From the human T2T-CHM13v2.0 reference genome, Homo sapiens, in assembly GCF_009914755.1 (NCBI RefSeq), contig NC_060932.1: a DNA stretch of 64,000 bases; one strand, written 5' to 3'. The notes beneath the pieces are model-generated. The model searched no databases, was not told the DNA's origin, and saw only the letters and a list, made by a program, of their open reading frames with translations. This document shows, piece by piece, positions 37,601-49,100 of the stretch. Within the stretch, counting starts at the first letter, position 1; each line of letters opens with the position of its first letter. A program made the translations under genes and the position numbers.

Positions 37601-40600
37601 GTTTTATTCAATTATGGTCTGAGCAGATACTTGACATGATTTTGATTTCTAAAAATTTGTTGGGGCTTCTTTTGCAGTCTAACGTATGGTCAATCCAGGG
37701 AAATGTTCTATATCCTGATGAAAAGAAAGTATATACTGCAGTTTTTGGGTAGAATTTCTGTAAATGTCTGTTATGTCCATTTGGTCTAAAGTCCAGTTTA
37801 AATCCAATGTTTCTTTGTTTATTTTCCTTCTAGATGATCTGTCTAATCTGAGAGTAGGATGTTGAAGTCTCCTGCTATCAATGTATTTTGGTCTATCTCT
37901 GTCTTCAGATCCAGCAATATATGCTTTATACATCTGAGTGATCCATTGTTGGGTGCATATTTATTTAGAATTGTTATGTCCTCTTGCTGGATCGATCCCT
38001 TTATCATTATATAATGACCTTCTTTGTCTTTTTAATTGTTGTTGACTTAGTCTTTTTTGATCTTATATAAGTATAGCTACTCCTGCTTACTTTTGGTTTC
38101 CATTGGCATAGATTATCTTTTTCCATCCGTTTACTTTCAGTCTATATACGTCTTTATTGGGAAGTGAATTTTTTTGTAAGCAACCTATTGTTGGATCATT
38201 TTTTAAAAATCCATTCAGCCATTCTGTATCTTTTAAGCAGGGAGAATATAATTCTTTACATTTAAAGTTATAATTGATATGTGAGTCTTTGTAATTTTCA
38301 CATTCTTAATTATTTTCTGGTTATTTTTTATATTCTCTATTAGTTTCTTTTTCTCTTATTGTTAGTCTTTATGATTTGGTAGATTTCTGTGGTGGTATCA
38401 TTTGAATCCATTATCTTCCTCCTTTGTATGATTGCTTTACCAATGAGTTTTATACTATCATGTGTCTTCATGAAGGTAAATGTCATCCTTTCACTTCTAG
38501 GTTTAGAACTCCCGTGATCATTTCTTGTAGGCCAGTTTAGTGGTAACAAATTCCCTCAGTATTTTATTTCTCCTTCATTTAAGAAGGATAATTTTTCTAG
38601 ACACAGTATTCTTGGTTGATAGGGTACCTTTTTTTCAGCACTTTGAATATATATATTATCCCATTCTCTTCCAGCCTGTTAGGTTTCTGCTGAGAAATCC
38701 ACATTAATCTGTTGAGGTTTCTTTATATGTGACTAGACACTTTTAATACTTTTAGGACTCACTGTTTATCTTTGACTTCATACAATCTGACTGTAATGTA
38801 CTGTGAAGAAGACCTTTTTGCATTACATCTTCCTTGGAATTGCTGAGCCTCTCATGTCTGTATATCTAAATCTCTTGCTAGACTTGGGAGTTTTCATCTA
38901 TTATTTAATTAAATAAATATTCTAACCCTTTCATTCTCTCTTTTTTCTCAGGGATACCAATAATTTGACTACTTGGCTACTTTATATTGTTCCTAGGGTG
39001 AAAAAAGTTTTGCTCATTCTTTAGAATTTTTTTTCCTTTATTTTTGCCTGACAGGCTTATTTCAAAATATTTCAAGTTTCAAGATTCTTTCTTCTGCTTG
39101 ATCTAGTCTATTGTTCAAGCTTTCAAATGTATTTCGTATTTCATTAAATGGATTCTTCAGTTCCAGAATTTCTAATTGTTCTTTTACAAAATATCTATCT
39201 TTTTGATAAATTTCTCATTAACATCCTGAATTGTTTTTCTGATTTCTTTGTATTGGTTTGCAGAATTCTCTCATATCGAACTAAACTTTAAAATCAGTAT
39301 TTTGAATTCCTTAACTGGAATTTCATTTTGATTGGGATCTCTTGCTGGAGAATTATTGTGTTCCCTTGATGGAATCATATTTTCTTGCTTTTTCATGTTT
39401 TCTATGTTTTTACATTGATATCTGCACATCTGGTGTAACAGTTGCTTCTTTTAATTTTTTGAGATTGCTTTTTTAGTAGAAGACTTTTTCCTGAAGACAG
39501 ATATATATATTAACAAAGTTGGTGGATACAGTACTTTGGCTTTGATTTTGGGTGCCTGCAGTTGTGTGATCTTCAGCTGTAAACAGGTTTAGTAGTATAC
39601 CTGATTTCCTCTTTGGCTTAGGGTGTGGTTATGAGTAGAAGCTGTGGTGAAGTTTTGCTGGGGACTAGAATGCCAGATAGACTAGTCTTTGGGCCCCAGT
39701 GGTGGAGGTAGTGGGCTGAGCATGCCTGTTTGGGGGCCCAAGAGACACTGGCACCAGTGTTAGTGAGGTGGGTCTAGAAGGTCCAATTTTGGGGCCCCCA
39801 GGTGGCTTGCTTAGATACTGGTAGTGGCAGCAGTGGACTGGGCATGTGGGTGTGTTCTTGGGCCCCTGAGCAACTGGGGTGATGGCAGTAGTTATGGTAG
39901 AGAAACCTACTGGAACCCAAGTAGTCCATCCTGGTGTTGGTAGTTGCTACAACAGATTGAGCTGGCCAGTCTTCTGGCTCACTGGTGATGCATGTGGATG
40001 AGTTCCAGCTGTGGTGGTATAGTTAGGTTGGGCCAGCCTGACCTGAGACTCCAGTAGGAGTAATCAGGTGCCAATGATGGTAGACTGGCCTGAGATGGGT
40101 AATTCCCCGAATGGCATGCTCTAGTACTGAGGGGATGCAATTGGGCTGGTAGTCTGGCTTTCAGGCCCCCTGATAGTACATTCAGGCACTGACTGTGGTA
40201 GGCAGAAGTGAGGCTGCTGGCAGAATCCTCAGATCCAGGCACTGGTGGCTGCACTGCAGTTCTGCCACCAAGGAGGACAGTGCCCCTCTCAGCTGAAACA
40301 GTGCGGGTAGGTAGCTATGGGGAGTGTGGTTTACTCATGCCTCGATCCCACAGCAGTCCACAGCAGCAGCAGTGGGATTTGTCCTTAAGGTATGTGGCAA
40401 TACCTGACCTCTCCTCTCCCTTTTTGGCTTGGCAGCAACAGTGGCAATGTCAGCCTGGCTCCAGGGTAGGATTCAGACCTTCAGAGCTTAGATCCTCAGA
40501 AGGGCACCAAGCTGCAGCTGCTGTGGGCTTGGATGCTTGTGGGACTCCATATAAGTTTCTTCTCTGGAGCAATGTCTCCGTGTAGTCTCTAGGCAGCTCC

Positions 40601-40925
40601 CTAGGTTAGTCTCGAGGCCCACATGGGTTGAGGGGTTCTCTTGTAGTTAAGACTGTAAAACACTGGCAGGAGTGTGCAGCCCTGAGAGTTTGGTTTCTCT
40701 CTTACTCTTTCCTCACATCTGGGAGCTTCTTACTGCTTTCCCAGCTGGTCCTAGTAAAGCAAGCTGCCTTGCATCCCTCTCCTTACTTGCTTTTGGTACT
40801 TTCTGTCACTCTGTTGAATCCCAGTATTCACTCTTAGATGATCTATTCAAAGCATGGATGTCTGCTTCCTATTTTTGTTCCTCTCTGTGGAGGAGGTATC
40901 TAGTCATCCATTTTGAATCAGTCTC
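34620..40925 (-). mobile_element. Near full-length old LINE-1 (L1MA4-like, L1M2-type 5' UTR), decayed, with internal ORF2 deletion near 37055
   Basis: 3' UTR at 34640-35000, ORF2 remnants (ORF 37679-37933 is EN-like: LDRSSRRKINKETLDLNWTLDQMDITDIYR), ORF1 ~38500-39450, GC-richer 5' UTR ~39600-40925 ending in rc gattcaaaatggatgactag. Confidence 0.93.
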
Positions 40926-41170
40926 CAAGGATTGTCATCTTAACATCAGTCATATCTGAATTTAGAGCAAATGAATTAAATAAGACAATGGAGAAAATTT
41001 TATAGTGAGAAACATTTTGACCCACAATAAAGAACATATATATGCCAATTAGCATAACATCACATAAATTATAAGGTAAAAACTACCAGAACTACAAGGA
41101 GAAATAGATGGAAACATAGTAAACTTTTCCAGGACATGGTTGATCAAGTCATGAACATATAAATAGGATC
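40926..41170 (+). mobile_element. Ancient L1 ORF2 endonuclease remnant (right part)
   Basis: atcttaacatcag, atatatatgccaa, aaaactaccagaactacaaggagaaatagat continue the EN sequence from 34612. Confidence 0.6.
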
Positions 41171-41186
41171 TGAAAAAACCTATGAG

Positions 41187-41456
41187 TTTTGGGAGGCCAA
41201 GGTGGGTGGATCACTTGAGGTCAGAAGTTCAAGACCAGCCTGGCCAATGTGGTGAAACCCCATCTCTACTAAAAATATAAAAATTTGCTGGATGTGGTGT
41301 TGCATGCCTGTAATCCCAGCTACTTGTGAGGCTGAAGCATGAGAATCGCTTGAACCCGAGAGATGGAGTTTGGAGTGAGCTGACATCATGCCATGCACTC
41401 CAGCCTGGGTGACAGAGTGAAATCCTATCTTAAAAAAACAACAAAAAAGAACCCCC
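41187..41456 (+). mobile_element. 5'-truncated AluS
   Basis: Starts at tttgggaggccaagg; TSD aaac(c)ctatgag on both sides. Confidence 0.95.
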
Positions 41457-41509
41457 AAACCCTATGAGGTAGGGATTTATTTTTATTTACTTATTTTTCT
41501 ACAGGGAGA

Positions 41510-41615
41510 ATAAACTGTTACAGTCTATCTTTGCCTCAATGATTTTCAATGCTTACTGTGTCATAAGTCAGGTTTCCATATGTGTAGATCTGTTTCCTGG
41601 GCTCTCTGTTTTAAC
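41510..41615 (-). mobile_element. L1ME ORF2 fragment, inverted
   Basis: tgtcataagtcaggtttccatatgtgtagatctgtttcctgggctctctgtttt. Confidence 0.6.
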
Positions 41616-41619
41616 CTAT

Positions 41620-42350
41620 ATAAATATAAAAAGATATCCAACCTTATTAGTCATAAAAATGCAAATTAAAGTCATTTCATATTCACCAAGTTGGCAAAAT
41701 TAAGAAAGCAGGTAATATCAGATGTTTACACAGATATGAAACAATAGAGATGTTCACCCATTGCTGGTGAGAACGTATACTCAAAAATATTTAGAATGGT
41801 TTGGCGTTACCTAGTAAATTTGAACTCTCTGACCCAGTAATTCAATTTCTAGGCATGTTCCTCCGAGGAACTCTTCACCATGTATACAAGGAAGCATGTA
41901 GAAGAATGTTCACAACAGCATTGTTTGTAAACTAAAAACCTGGAAACAAACCAAACAGTTGTCACTGATAGCCCAGATATGTAACTTATATTGTATTCAT
42001 ATAATGAAAGATACTCAACAGTGAAACTGAATTACCAATGTGGCAAAATCTCAAAAATATACCATGAGTGAAATAAGCAGTCTCTGAACAATATATAAAG
42101 TATGAATAATAGATGATTTAGAGACATATACAGAAGTAATAAAACTATAAAGAAAGGCAAGGGAATGATTAATTCAAAAATTCAAGATGATAGTTTTATC
42201 TCCAGAGTAGGTTGGGATAAGGGGGGAATGTACTCAAGGGGTTTCTAAGCTATATGGTGGGTACATTAAAAATTATTTATTCTTTAAACTGTACATATAA
42301 AACCACATCATCTTTCATATATGTTATATGTTTTGTAATAATATTTTAAA
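41620..42350 (+). mobile_element. L1ME 3' end
   Basis: aaatgcaaattaaa, cattgctggtgagaa, tgacccagtaattc, agaatgttcacaacagcattgtttgtaa, gtaataaaactataaagaaaggcaagggaatgat. Confidence 0.8.
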
Positions 42351-43886
42351 CGGAAATTATACAATATAATATCATAAATACTACCTAAGAATTATTTATT
42401 AAAATGTATTATGGAAGAAAATTGGAATAATTAAATAACCAGTTGCTAAGAAAGAAAATCATGGTATGCATTGGGCATGTTAAGCCAAAAAGCAGGGAAA
42501 AAGAAGTTAAATAGCTTTGTGGTCAGGGCCAGGACACAGTATCCAAGTGATAAAACTCAGGACAACAGACTGGACCATCAGAGGACAAATGATCCCTTGG
42601 TAGTACTAACAATTCAATGGGAATTTTATTACCTAACTCTTGTGTGTATGATCTTCATGAGGAGGAACACTTATTCTTCTGAGTGTACTAATTATTAAAT
42701 ATCATACCTTCTTTATTCCAACACAGTTTAAAAATAAGTTATATGTCCTGTGTTTTCAGAATCATTTTCATTGGTTACATTTTTGGTTGACTGCTTTATA
42801 GAAAACCACCTTAGATTGTTCCATAAATTTTTCCAAATTGTGTCATAAAAATTAGTTTTTTCTTATATTTTCTAGAAATACTTACTTAAATCAAGCTGTG
42901 AAGAATCTTGTTTAATTTCTTTATTTACAGAAAGTGACTTTCTCAACATCCCTAAGTTTAGCCGTCTATTTTTGGTTCTCAGTTTGCAGTAAGTAATTCA
43001 GTTACGATCTATTCCTTGAGATTGCATTAAACTTACTTTGATCTACACCAGAAAAATATTTAATTGAAAGAGTGTCTTTTCAAGTTAAAAAATAAAAAGT
43101 AAACAAATCTCAATTGTTTCTCTCTCTCTCCAAAGACAGTTTAAATTGTAGTACTGAATTAGCTTTTTGCAAACAATCTGTATGCCTTAACACTGTAAAT
43201 GAAGAAATGTGTTTAGTTATGCTGTTACTAGTCTACACATCAGCTTCTCTGGGGTTCTTCAATCCAGTGTCTGGAGGATGATGATATGATATAGCAGTTC
43301 TATCCCTCCCTCCTTTACTTTCCTGACCCTGATCCAAGTCATTTGCCACCAGGCTATAAATCTGACTTTACTTGTCTTCCACTGAGTTTCTGTGAAAATA
43401 GCCCAATTGTAGTGGACTAAATTTATGGGCAATAAGAGTTGCAATGATGCTGGAACCACCCTGGTGGTTCAGCCCCAGGCAAGTGTTGATTTCTCAATTT
43501 CATTCAGAAGCAGGGCACAAATGTCACCTGTATTAACTGCCAGCTTTTTAGAGCTCGTTTTCTGAATTCACTTGGTCATAGCCACTGAGCTTTCTGGGAA
43601 CTTTTTTGGAATATGATGGGTAAACAACAAGGAATTGGAACCAACTCCACATTCTTATTCTGAGAAAGCCCCTCCCCTATGGCAAATATTCAAGTATGGT
43701 GGGTGGGGTGGGGAGGAGAAAGAAAGAAACAAATTGTTCAAGGAGCTCTCTACAGTTTTGAAGGAAATTACTTCAGATATTGGCAGAAATCAAGAAATCT
43801 TTATCACATTGGGTCCACATAGATACTTCCTTTTCAGTTTAGGATTCAGTCCATTTGTTTTAAGGAAGAACAGCTGATTTACTCAC

Positions 43887-43958
43887 CAAATCTCCAGCAT
43901 CTGTACTTAGCAATCTTGCAATAATCCTAGTAATATTGACATCATCAGTCTTCAAGGT
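43887..43958 (-). other. Candidate 72-nt internal exon (frame TLKTDDVNITRIIARLLSTDAGDL)
   Basis: Acceptor tttcattcactcaaacctcccttacag| and donor TTG|GTGAGT on - strand; only phase 0 is open; no protein recognised. Confidence 0.35.
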
Positions 43959-44297
43959 CTGTAAGGGAGGTTTGAGTGAATGAAATAATATAGTGTACTC
44001 TAAAAAAATGACAGCTTTTCATTATGAATCCCTTCATTTGATGCTGAAAATATGAATAGGTGATTTTAATCCTTGGGGCTATTCACAAATGTCCTATGTG
44101 CATAGTATTTGAAAAATAATTAGTAAATTTATAGAAGTCACATGATGCTGCTGGTAGAAATTCACTCAAAAGAAATAAATGACTCTGATAGTGTATTATT
44201 AGGAAGACTATGTCATGAGCTGATATCATGGGAAAATATAAACTAAGTCTGAAAAATAAATTCATTTGATTTATAGTTCCTATTAAAAACATCTGGA

Positions 44298-44616
44298 AGC
44301 AGGGTACAGTGGCTCACACCTGTAATCCCAGCACTTCAGGAGGCTGAGGCGGGTGGATCTCTTGAGCTCAGGAGTTCAAGACCAGCCTGGGCAACATGGC
44401 GAAACCCCATCTTTACAAAAAATGCAGAGAAATTAGCCAGGTGTTACAGTATGTGCCTGCAGTCCCAGTTACTCTGGGAGGCTGAGATGGGAGGAACTCT
44501 TGAGCCCAGGAAGTCAAGGTTGCAGTGAGCCCTGTCATCATGCCAATGCACTCCAGCATGGGTGACAGAGAGAGATCCTGTCTTATAAAAACAAACAACA
44601 AACAAATGAATAAACA
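44298..44616 (+). mobile_element. AluJ (Jb-like)
   Basis: cttgagctcaggagttcaagaccagcctgggcaacatgg; TSD-like aaa.atctg. Confidence 0.95.
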
Positions 44617-44820
44617 GAAAATCTGTAAAAGTCTAAAGAAGATCAGGCCATAGATATGTTTAAAAATAATGAAATTGATCCACTTTTCAAGAAACAGACT
44701 ATCAACTGCCAGGAGCAAATCTTGGAGTCAATGTCTTAGTTTCCCAAGACTAATCCTTGAAGCTATTGAAATAATGAAGTAAAACTGATTTTAATTTTTA
44801 CTCTATTAAATAAAAAATAA

Positions 44821-45838
44821 AAAAGCCAAAATTGACAAATGGGATCTAATTAAACTAAAGAGCTTCTGCACAGCAAAAGAAACTATCATCAGAGTGAACA
44901 GGCAACCTACAGAATGGGAGAAAGTTTTTGTAATTTATCCATCTGACAAGGGGCTAATATCCAGAATCTACAAGGAACTTACACAAATTTACAAGAAAAA
45001 AATAACCCCATCAAAAAGTGAGCAAAGGATATGAACTGACACTTCTCAAAAGAAGACATTTATGTGGCAAACAAACATGAAAAAAAGCTCATCATCACTG
45101 GTCATTAGAGAAATGCAAATCAAAACCACAGTGAGATATCATCTCATGCCAGTTAGAATGGCGATCATTAAAAAGCCAAGAAACAACAGATGCTTGAGAG
45201 GATGTGGAGAAATAGGAACGCTTTTATACTGTTGGTGGGAGTGTAAATTAGTTCAACCATTGTAGAAGACAGTGTGGAGATTCCTCAAGGATCTAGAACT
45301 AGAAATACCATTTGACCCAGCAATCCCATTACTGGGTATATACCCAAAGGATTATAAATCATTCTACTATAAAGACACATGCACATGTATGTTTCTTGCA
45401 GCACTATTCACAATAGCAAAGACTTGGAACCAACCCAAATGCCCATCAATGATAGACTGGATAAGAAAATGTGGCACATGTACACCATGGAATACTATGC
45501 AGCCATAAAAAAGAATAAGTTCATGTCCTTTGCAGGGACATGAATGAAGCTGGAAACTATCATCCTCAGCAAACTAACACAGTAACAGAAAACTAAACAC
45601 CACATGTTCTCACTCATAGGTGGGAGGTGAACAATGAGAACATATGGGCACAAGGAGGGGAACATCACACACTGGGCCCTGTCAGGTGATGGGGGGCAAG
45701 GGGAGGGATAGCATTAGGAGAAAACCTAATGTAGATGATGGGTTGATAGGTGCAGCAAACCACCATGGCACATGTATATCTATGTAACAAATCGACACGT
45801 TCTGCACATGTATTCCAGAACTTAAGTAAAAAAAAAAA
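44821..45838 (+). mobile_element. 5'-truncated L1PA7/8-like LINE-1
   Basis: ORF2 C-terminus frames (45062-45508: [26 protein letters not shown]), 3' UTR and poly-A. Confidence 0.96.
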
Positions 45839-45988
45839 TTTTTTTAAGGGCAAGAATATTAGAAACAATAAAATAAAATTATCTATTTGACAAAAAATTA
45901 TCAATTAACAAAACCAATGTCACATTTACTATCATATGCAAATATACAGAATACCTTAAAGATTCCTGTTTTAAAGTGTTCTTAATTC

Positions 45989-46292
45989 TTTTTATTATTA
46001 TTATTATTATTTTTTTTTTTTTTTTGAGACAGAGTCTTCCTTTGTCATCCAGGCTGGAGTGCAGTGGCGGCATCTCGGTTCACTGCAACCTCTGCCTCCC
46101 GGAATCAAGCAGCCTCCTGAGTAGCTGGGATTACAGATGCCCACCACCACACCTGGCTAATTTTTTTGTATTTTTAGTAGAGACGGGGTTGCACCATCTT
46201 GGCCAGGCTGGTCTTGAAGTCCTGACCTTGTAATCCGCCCACCTCAGCCTCCCAAAGTGCTGGGATTGCAGGCATGAGCCACTGCTCCCGGC
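45989..46292 (-). mobile_element. AluS with small internal deletion and (TTA)n tail
   Basis: Dimeric Alu; TSD tcttaattc at 45980-45988 and 46293-46301. Confidence 0.96.
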
Positions 46293-48189
46293 TCTTAATT
46301 CCCTTTAAATTTAGTTTTCTTGAAAGTTTGTATATGGGGGGAGTATAAGATATGAAACACTGAGAAAATATTTACTGAGTGGTACTTATGTTCTCTTGGT
46401 TAAATAAAATTACTGAAAAACTCGGGTTTTGTTGCTAGAATAGACAGAGAGGTTAAAGAATAGGAAGCAATGAAAGTGGGCATAAGGGATGTGGATATGG
46501 TTAGAAAAGAGAGGGGACAATGCTAATTGTGAGCCTGGAGATACAAATTTTATGAACTGATGATCATTTTTCAAGCTTATTTAAACACATAAAAAGACTG
46601 AGTAATTTAAGAACTCCATGGGACCTTCTCCACGATTATTTCTAGTTCCTTCCCAAACTTCCCTTCTCTCTTGATAAATTACACTGTGTCCATTCTTTTT
46701 TATTTTACTATTTTTAAACGATAACAAAAACTCTAGGGGTGTTTTGACTCTGCAGCTGCAGAGGTAGTTATTCTCGTCCAGTTGAAGTAAGGCTGGATAC
46801 TGAGAGTTCAATTGTCAGGATGATGACCACTTCTGGCAAGCAGCTTTAGAGAGACCTTCCCGGTTTGCGTGACACAGGGCATGTTTTTCTGAACCAAAGG
46901 GAAGCAAATCAAAGTTTTGTTATCTCGACTTTTGAAAAATGGCCCGTAGTGGATGCAGTGATTGAAGCTAAAAGAATGATTGCATATTGAAATAGCTATG
47001 GGCTGTTTTCTCAAAAGTCATAGAATAGGGATAGGGTAGTCATCAGATGGAAATAGAGAAACTGACTTGTGGTGTTGCTATTAAAAAATAAAATAATTTT
47101 TTTTTGATTCAACGACTTCCTGTTGTTACTATAGAATGAGGTGACTGAAGGGAATCTTAAAAATACCTAATAGTGCATAGGAAGTGGAGGCTTCTTTTAC
47201 ACTTCGGAAGTTAACGTGTATCTTTTTTTCCAGAAATGCTAGGAAAAGAAGTGCCCCAAATGTCCCTCATGTTTTCTAGATTTATTCTTGGCACTGGCAT
47301 GGAAATGGAAAAATCCAATCAACAGCTGTAACCATTTCCCTTTTTGAATTGTGATATTCCAGATAGAGTTGGTAGGAGCAAAAAAGCTCACCTCACACAA
47401 GGGGCTACTAAATGGATTCTAAAGTACCAGAAATCCCGTCTTCCCAAAATACCTCTTCTACCAAATGTAAATACCCTCAAGGTATTAACAATGGATTAGA
47501 TAGGTGCATTTTCTCTATACAGCAGGTTTAAATTCTCTTTCAGTTTATTACAGAATATTTTCTAGGAGAAAGCAAGAGGACATCACAGCTTGTTGTAGGC
47601 AGGTCATGGTAAAAGGTTGATCACAACACTTGCCGGGGGAGTGGTTCCAGAGGAAAGCGAGAGGGATACTTGAATGCTACAAGAGTTGTTTTGCATAGTT
47701 CCTGTCCTCGATGGAACATTTATTTGCAGTGCTCCTTCATTACTCTTTAGTGAGTATAAATTTTGGAATTCTGTATTACTCCCGTATTAGAGGGAGAAAT
47801 GTCTTATCAACTCTTACTCCTGGGAAATACAGTCTGGGGATTATTAGAGTGGGATAGCAAAGATATTATACAGTATTATTCTATCTCCTGAAAAAGCATT
47901 CCTAAGCTTGATGTTCCAGTCAGATAAAAATTGGCCAAAACCCAACTTCTTGGTTCTTCACTACTTCCCTCAGGTCATGGAAAAGTTCCAGAAATGACAG
48001 CTTTCTTCCTGCATGTTATCAGGTATGGACTCCACCCTGATGTTCTGTTAAAATGGTTTAGTTGCTGAAAAAAAAAAAAATGAAAAAAATGAAAGGTTTA
48101 CTTGTAATCTCAATAGGCCCTAATTATGTATCTAAAATGGAGCCAAGACATAAAACTCCCTCTGGTGGAATTAATGTAGTGGAGTCAGC

Positions 48190-48342
48190 TGCACAGGTGA
48201 GGTCCATGAAGACACTGAAATGGTCTTGAGACTTTTAATGACTATAAGTATACATATGTCTGTGACCTTTCTGTGGGAAAGTGTCTGGTTTTTCATCAGG
48301 TTCTTAAATAGAACCATGACCCAAGAAATGTTAAGAACCATC
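48190..48342. mobile_element. hAT-Charlie MITE fragment (MER5C/MER103-like)
   Basis: tttcatcaggttcttaaa..ccatgacccaagaaatgttaagaacca terminal motif. Confidence 0.4.
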
Positions 48343-48539
48343 ATAGATGTGAAGCTTTGGGAGAATGACTCTGCTCTTAGGGGAATGACTGCAGAGAGTG
48401 ATTGGGTTCAATCATTGTAGATTACATGTGTCTAGGACTTATTTCTGTTAGGTTCTTTGTTTTTTGACGTATTATTGTTGATAGTATTTTCTTATAATCT
48501 TTTGTATTTCTCTGACGTTGATCATAATTTCACCTCTAT

Positions 48540-49100
48540 CCTCCAAACTTTTCCAACTTTTGCCCATTACACAGTTCTAAAGTCACTTCCACATTTTCAG
48601 ATTTAATTATAGCAATACCCTACTCCTCGATAGCAATTTTCTGTCTTAGTCTGGTTTGTGTTGCTATAACAGCATACCTGAGACTGGGTTATTTATAATG
48701 AAAACAGACATATTTAGTTCACTGTTCTGCAGGATGTGAAGTTCAAGGGTATGCTGCTGGCTTTTGGTAAAGGTTTTGATGCTGCATGATAACATGGCAA
48801 CAGTTCAAAGAGGCAGCAGGCATGTTTGAAAAGGGGCAAAACACAAGAAATATCCTCACTTTATAACAACCTGCTCTCACAGGAACGAAGCTATTTTCAC
48901 ATGAACTAATCTAGTCTCACAAGAGTGAGAGCTCACTCACCACGACAAGCAGGGCACTAAGTTGTCCACAAAGACAGGGCCCCCATGACTCAAAGGCCTC
49001 CCATTAGGCCCCACCTCTTAAAAGTTCTACCTCTTAACATTGTCATACTAGGAATTAAGGTTCCAACATGAGTTTTGGTGGGAACATTCAAATAATAGAA
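48540..49100 (-). mobile_element. MST (MSTB-like) LTR plus first ~100 bp of MST-internal
   Basis: LTR 48642-49100 (tgtcttagtc..ttgctataac..tacctgagactggg; cctcccattaggccccacctc; ttccaacatgagttttgg); internal ctccaaacttttccaac..cacttccacattttcag. Confidence 0.85.

Noticed and set aside
36498-38549. ORFs within the long L1 (127 aa on +, EN-like on -)
   Set aside because: Antisense or decayed L1 frames with many stops; the element is not retrotransposition-competent
45062-45508. ORFs with clear protein similarity
   Set aside because: Frameshifted L1 ORF2 C-terminus of a truncated L1PA, not a host gene
46820-46892. ATGATGACCACT...CTGA resembling the start of SNORD113/114-type snoRNAs
   Set aside because: No terminal stem, and similarity is limited to about 12 nt
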